A stretch of 64,000 nt of DNA, taken from contig CBDBKE010000004.1 of assembly GCA_965206645.1 (NCBI GenBank), positions 96,001 through 160,000 on the forward strand. The letters are read 5' to 3'. The DNA is from Terriglobia bacterium (GTDB lineage: Bacteria > Acidobacteriota > Terriglobia > JAJPHL01 > JAPKYU01). The notes under the pieces are model-generated. The model worked only from the letters and a program-made list of their open reading frames with translations, was not told the origin of the DNA and ran no database searches. How positions within the stretch are numbered: the first letter of the stretch is position 1; the number at the start of each line of letters is the position of its first letter. The translations under genes were made by a program, and so were the position numbers. Shown piece by piece: positions 60,559-64,000 of the stretch.

Positions 60559-60750
60559 ACGCTTAGATGGTCCCGGAATCCTCTAACAATCTTATCATGC
60601 TGCTGGGACGCCTAGAGAAGGTCGGCCAGTGAACTTCCGGGTGATCCGCATCTTGCGGCATCTTGCAACCAGGCTTCCCTGTTTCGGCTGTAACTTGGGC
60701 TACAATTATGACAGTGCTAGGTGGCGCATCATGCGCCACCTGAATGAGGG

Positions 60751-60828
60751 CGGGGCGTAGCTCAGCCTGGTTAGAGCGCGTGCCTTGGGCGCACGAGGCC
60801 GGAGGTTCGAATCCTCTCGCCCCGACCA
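60751..60828 (+). tRNA. tRNA-Pro (anticodon TGG)
   Basis: CGGGGCG acceptor stem, D-arm AGCTCAGCCTGGTTAGAGC, anticodon arm CGTGC-CTTGGGC-GCACG, GGTTCGAATCC, encoded CCA. Confidence 0.96.
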
Positions 60829-60850
60829 TTCCTTTCCGTGACTTGCCGGC

Positions 60851-62974
60851 TCACTCACCGATGCTCCAGGGTTTGCCTTCGAAGTGCGGCGGCAGCGGCA
60901 CGCCGAACAGGTCCAGCGCGGTGGGCGCAATGTCCAGCAGCGAGGGCCGTTCGCAGTGAATCTTTTTGTCCGAGAACAGCACGCCGGGGACCAGCCGAGG
61001 GTCTATGCAGTGGTCGCCACTCCAGGCCTTGCAGTTGTCCTGGAACACTTCACTGCCGATCGTGCCCGTCACAGAGTCCCAGGCGGCGCGATAGCCCTCG
61101 TTGTAGCCGACGATCAGGTCTGGCGCATTGTCTCGATAGGGGCCGGAAAAGACCTTGCCGCTGTCAAACATCTCACGGATGGCCACCCGGCCGGTTTGCG
61201 GATCCACCAGCCCGCCGAGCTTTTCGCACAATTCGCGCTTGAGTTCCTCAGTTTCTCGGCCCGCAGTGACGATCCCGCCACGCTCACGCCCCTTTTGGTT
61301 GATGTAAACGCCGCTGAGTCCGAGTGCGTAGGCACGGGTCCGCTGCCAGTCCACATTGCGCAGCCACTCGGCACCGGGCTGAGTGCCGTCCTGCAAGGCG
61401 AGATACTCGTTTCGCCAAAGCCAAGTGTTGAGGTTGACACCGCGCTCGAAGGACTTGAACCCGTGGTCAGAAATCACCAATAAAATGGACTCCTCATCCA
61501 TCTGCTGGAGTGTGCGACCGACCAGATCGTCCATCCGGCGATATAGTTCCTCGATGACGCCGCTGAACGGATTCGCTGCGCCGTCTTTGCCGTCGGCCGG
61601 ATGGCCGCTGTCCAGATAGCGCCAGAACATGTGCTGCACCCGGTCGGTAATATCAAACACGCAGACGCAAAGACCGCGCGGCGTCTTCTCCAGCGCGTCG
61701 AAGAACATGCGTTCCCGCTCTTCGTGAATCAGGTAGCACTGCCGGAGAAAGGCCTCCTCGTCGAGCACGCCTTCGTTCAGTGCCCAGGTATCTTCAGCCA
61801 GCCCCAGCGTGGCGTAGGGCCCCAGGAGCTTGGATAGATAGATCGAGTAGGTGAACGGGTGTGAGATCGGCAACGCAGGCTTTCCGGGATGGATGTTGAT
61901 GGGAGTGACGTAGAGCTCCAGGTGTGGCTCGAGTTCCTTCAAGTAGAAGCGGCAAATGCCGTGCACCTTGATGCCCAGACCGGCCTTGAACTTCAACTCG
62001 ACCCACTCGGAATACTTCCCCTTGCGCAAGGTGATGCGCTGTCTCTGGATCTCGATGTCCGCCTCGCTCCGGGCAGCGTCTGAACGCACACGGAACGGAA
62101 TGCGCAATTCGCTATGTCGCGTCTTCAACAAATGGTTCTCCGGGCCGGGAATGTAGGACCGGAACAGGCCGCCCTCGGACTGCAACCGGAAGCGCAGGCC
62201 GCCCTGCGGGCCTTCGGTAGTGCCGTCGCGCGTCGTGTAGAAAGAAAAGGTTCCCTGGCTGCCCTTCAGGTCCGGGACGCACATGCTCGCCAGCAACACG
62301 CCGGAGAATTTTTCGGCGGGAAAAGTAATCGGGACGCGAAGCACGGAGCAGAAAACGTCTGCCTCTGCCAGGTAGTGCCAGAAGGGCTTGGCCTTGCGCA
62401 GCAGCCTGCTACGAGGGCGGCCCAGCGGAATCGCGTACTTTCCCAGAGCAAGGCTCCGGCGCGGCGCCCGAATTTCGACCGAGGAGAGGTAGGGAAGATA
62501 GGTGGCGCAATCCCTGGCCAGAAAGTCGTAGATGTTGTGCTTGCCGGGATTGACGCCGGTTTGAAACGAGGACCAGGCTACCGGGGAAATCGGCGGGCAA
62601 GTAGTCTGCAAAGGGAGAAAGGTGCCTCGATCGCGTAGCGCTGCCAGATGAGGCAATTTGCCCTCTTGCATGTACCTTGCGGCCAGCTCGGGGTCCATGC
62701 CATCCAGGCCCAGAACGACCACCCGTCGCACGCGGGCTTTGCGAAGAACTTTGCGGCGGCGCAGCAGTCGGCGAAGCTGTCTCAGCGGCCAGCTCAACAG
62801 GGCGAACAGGGAATACAGGAACGCCAAGAACAGGGTCAAAAACGACGACAGGACCGCGAAGCCAGCCCCGGGTCCAACGTACCCCCAAGCTTCCCCGGGC
62901 CATAGCAACAGGGCAGCAAGCGTGCCTGCCAGCAGGCGTCCGGTACGCGAGGTCTTTTGGTGCCTCGAAATCAT
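60851..62974 (-). CDS. Alkaline phosphatase superfamily protein (type I phosphodiesterase/nucleotide pyrophosphatase-like)
   Basis: LGLDGMD, PPISPVAWSSFQTGVNPGKH, DRVQH, SDHGF, WSGDH, DIAPT; N-terminal AWGYVGPGAG plus TM. Confidence 0.9.
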   Translation of the reverse strand: MISRHQKTSRTGRLLAGTLAALLLWPGEAWGYVGPGAGFAVLSSFLTLFLAFLYSLFALLSWPLRQLRRLLRRRKVLRKARVRRVVVLGLDGMDPELAARYMQEGKLPHLAALRDRGTFLPLQTTCPPISPVAWSSFQTGVNPGKHNIYDFLARDCATYLPYLSSVEIRAPRRSLALGKYAIPLGRPRSRLLRKAKPFWHYLAEADVFCSVLRVPITFPAEKFSGVLLASMCVPDLKGSQGTFSFYTTRDGTTEGPQGGLRFRLQSEGGLFRSYIPGPENHLLKTRHSELRIPFRVRSDAARSEADIEIQRQRITLRKGKYSEWVELKFKAGLGIKVHGICRFYLKELEPHLELYVTPINIHPGKPALPISHPFTYSIYLSKLLGPYATLGLAEDTWALNEGVLDEEAFLRQCYLIHEERERMFFDALEKTPRGLCVCVFDITDRVQHMFWRYLDSGHPADGKDGAANPFSGVIEELYRRMDDLVGRTLQQMDEESILLVISDHGFKSFERGVNLNTWLWRNEYLALQDGTQPGAEWLRNVDWQRTRAYALGLSGVYINQKGRERGGIVTAGRETEELKRELCEKLGGLVDPQTGRVAIREMFDSGKVFSGPYRDNAPDLIVGYNEGYRAAWDSVTGTIGSEVFQDNCKAWSGDHCIDPRLVPGVLFSDKKIHCERPSLLDIAPTALDLFGVPLPPHFEGKPWSIGE

Positions 62975-62984
62975 GGGAAGGGCG

Positions 62985-63803
62985 TTAGAACTGGGTTCTA
63001 GTCACGGCCTTCGCCGCTAGCGTCCAGACCGTTACAAGAACAAAAAATGGAATCAGCCAGTGCCCCCGGTATGGTCCCAACTCAATGCTGCGCGGCGGGT
63101 ACCTCACCCGAATTGTTTCCAACGGGCCATCGGCAGGCAAGGGGAGTTCCCCGGGATGTAGCAGCGCCTGGAGCCAGTTGCTCTGGAGACGTGCGGCGGA
63201 GAGCCGGGCGAGATCAGGCGCGACCGTCACCTGTTTTGTGAAGCTCTGGCCTGCGGCCATCACCTCGACAAGAAAGTCTCCGTAAGTTTCCACTCGAATG
63301 CGCCAACTGATTTCCTTCTGCTCCGGAATTCGCACCGGCGAGGCGGAAAGCGCCAATCCATTGGGCAGGCGAAGCACCACCTGGTCCGCCGAAACGCGCC
63401 CGTCCAGACGGGCTTGCAGTAGAAACGTGTCGCGCGGCTGGAGGGCAGCCCGGCCCAGGCGCAGCTCAACCTGCGCCAGCAGTAACACCATCGGCACCAG
63501 CATCACTGCCAGGGGCTTCAGGCAATGCCGCAAGTAGGTGAGCGTGCAACGCAGGATGCGCCCGTAAGACCGCAGCACCACTCCCAACTGGTCCTGATAC
63601 AGGCGGACCGCCAGCACGTGCGCTTGCAGTCGGTCTTTCACCTGCCGTATGGCCTGCTGGTTGGAGGCGTACCGGAATACCAACACCAGGAAGGCGCCAG
63701 TGAACAAGGAAGAGGCTGCCAAACCGTAGCGCGGGTCCAGCGTCCGGAAGGGCCAAAACAGAAGATCAAAGAGGCCATTCACAAGGGACAGAAAAAACGG
63801 CAT
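62985..63803 (-). CDS. Hypothetical membrane protein
   Basis: Three hydrophobic segments; in an operon with the AlkP gene. Confidence 0.75.
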   Translation of the reverse strand: MPFFLSLVNGLFDLLFWPFRTLDPRYGLAASSLFTGAFLVLVFRYASNQQAIRQVKDRLQAHVLAVRLYQDQLGVVLRSYGRILRCTLTYLRHCLKPLAVMLVPMVLLLAQVELRLGRAALQPRDTFLLQARLDGRVSADQVVLRLPNGLALSASPVRIPEQKEISWRIRVETYGDFLVEVMAAGQSFTKQVTVAPDLARLSAARLQSNWLQALLHPGELPLPADGPLETIRVRYPPRSIELGPYRGHWLIPFFVLVTVWTLAAKAVTRTQF

Positions 63804-63857
63804 CGGGGGCGCCTTGAACCGCGTTCCTCTTCCGGCGTGTGGCCGGCCAGCAACTAT

Positions 63858-64000
63858 TCACTCGATATAGCCCAGGCCTTGCAGCCGCTTTTTCACTTCT
63901 TCCTCAGGATCGCGGCCTTCTTCCTCCGAACCCAGGAGGCGGGCGACCTCTTTTTCCAGCAGGTGAGTGACGAACTCCTCCGCCGAGGCGTAGTCGGCCT
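63858..64000 (-). CDS. Small hypothetical protein (5' end outside the window)
   Basis: Read by hand: ..DYASAEEFVTHLLEKEVARLLGSEEEGRDPEEEVKKRLQGLGYIE*. Confidence 0.7.
   Translation of the reverse strand, partial: ADYASAEEFVTHLLEKEVARLLGSEEEGRDPEEEVKKRLQGLGYIE

Noticed and set aside
60751-60850. tRNA-Pro as an island attachment site
   Set aside because: No duplicated tRNA 3' end and no integrase were seen in the window.

Overview
This is a GC-rich bacterial chromosomal segment, most likely Acidobacteriota. That assignment is an inference from the tmRNA tag ANNQLAYAA, the pilin type and family-typical hypothetical genes. The backbone carries rho, lon, clpX, clpP, tig, cmk, mutL, pdxS/pdxT, a stand-alone nuoB, tmRNA (ssrA) and tRNA-Pro(UGG). 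The best candidate for an under-described system is a type IV pilin locus at about 47.5-55.7 kb. Two tandem Ser/Thr-rich pilins, one with a canonical sigma54 promoter and a candidate enhancer site, are flanked by two different GT-C-type membrane glycosyltransferase-TPR genes and followed by a PilH/PilI/PilG-like ABC module. Three more TMTC-like glycosyltransferase genes (one a pseudogene) sit at 1-5.7 kb and two gene relics lie elsewhere, which suggests an expanded, fast-turning-over protein glycosylation system. Mobile DNA includes a complete IS1380-family element with TTAAA target duplication and a decayed related end. It also includes a REP-associated HUH tyrosine transposase with REP doublets wrapped in two kinds of IS-like ends (one copy is a hybrid), and an integrase-less 2.1 kb islet in the tmRNA 3' end carrying an aldehyde dehydrogenase. 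Several accessory genes have frameshifts that may be real decay or assembly error. All family calls are from motif recognition by eye; no searches were run.
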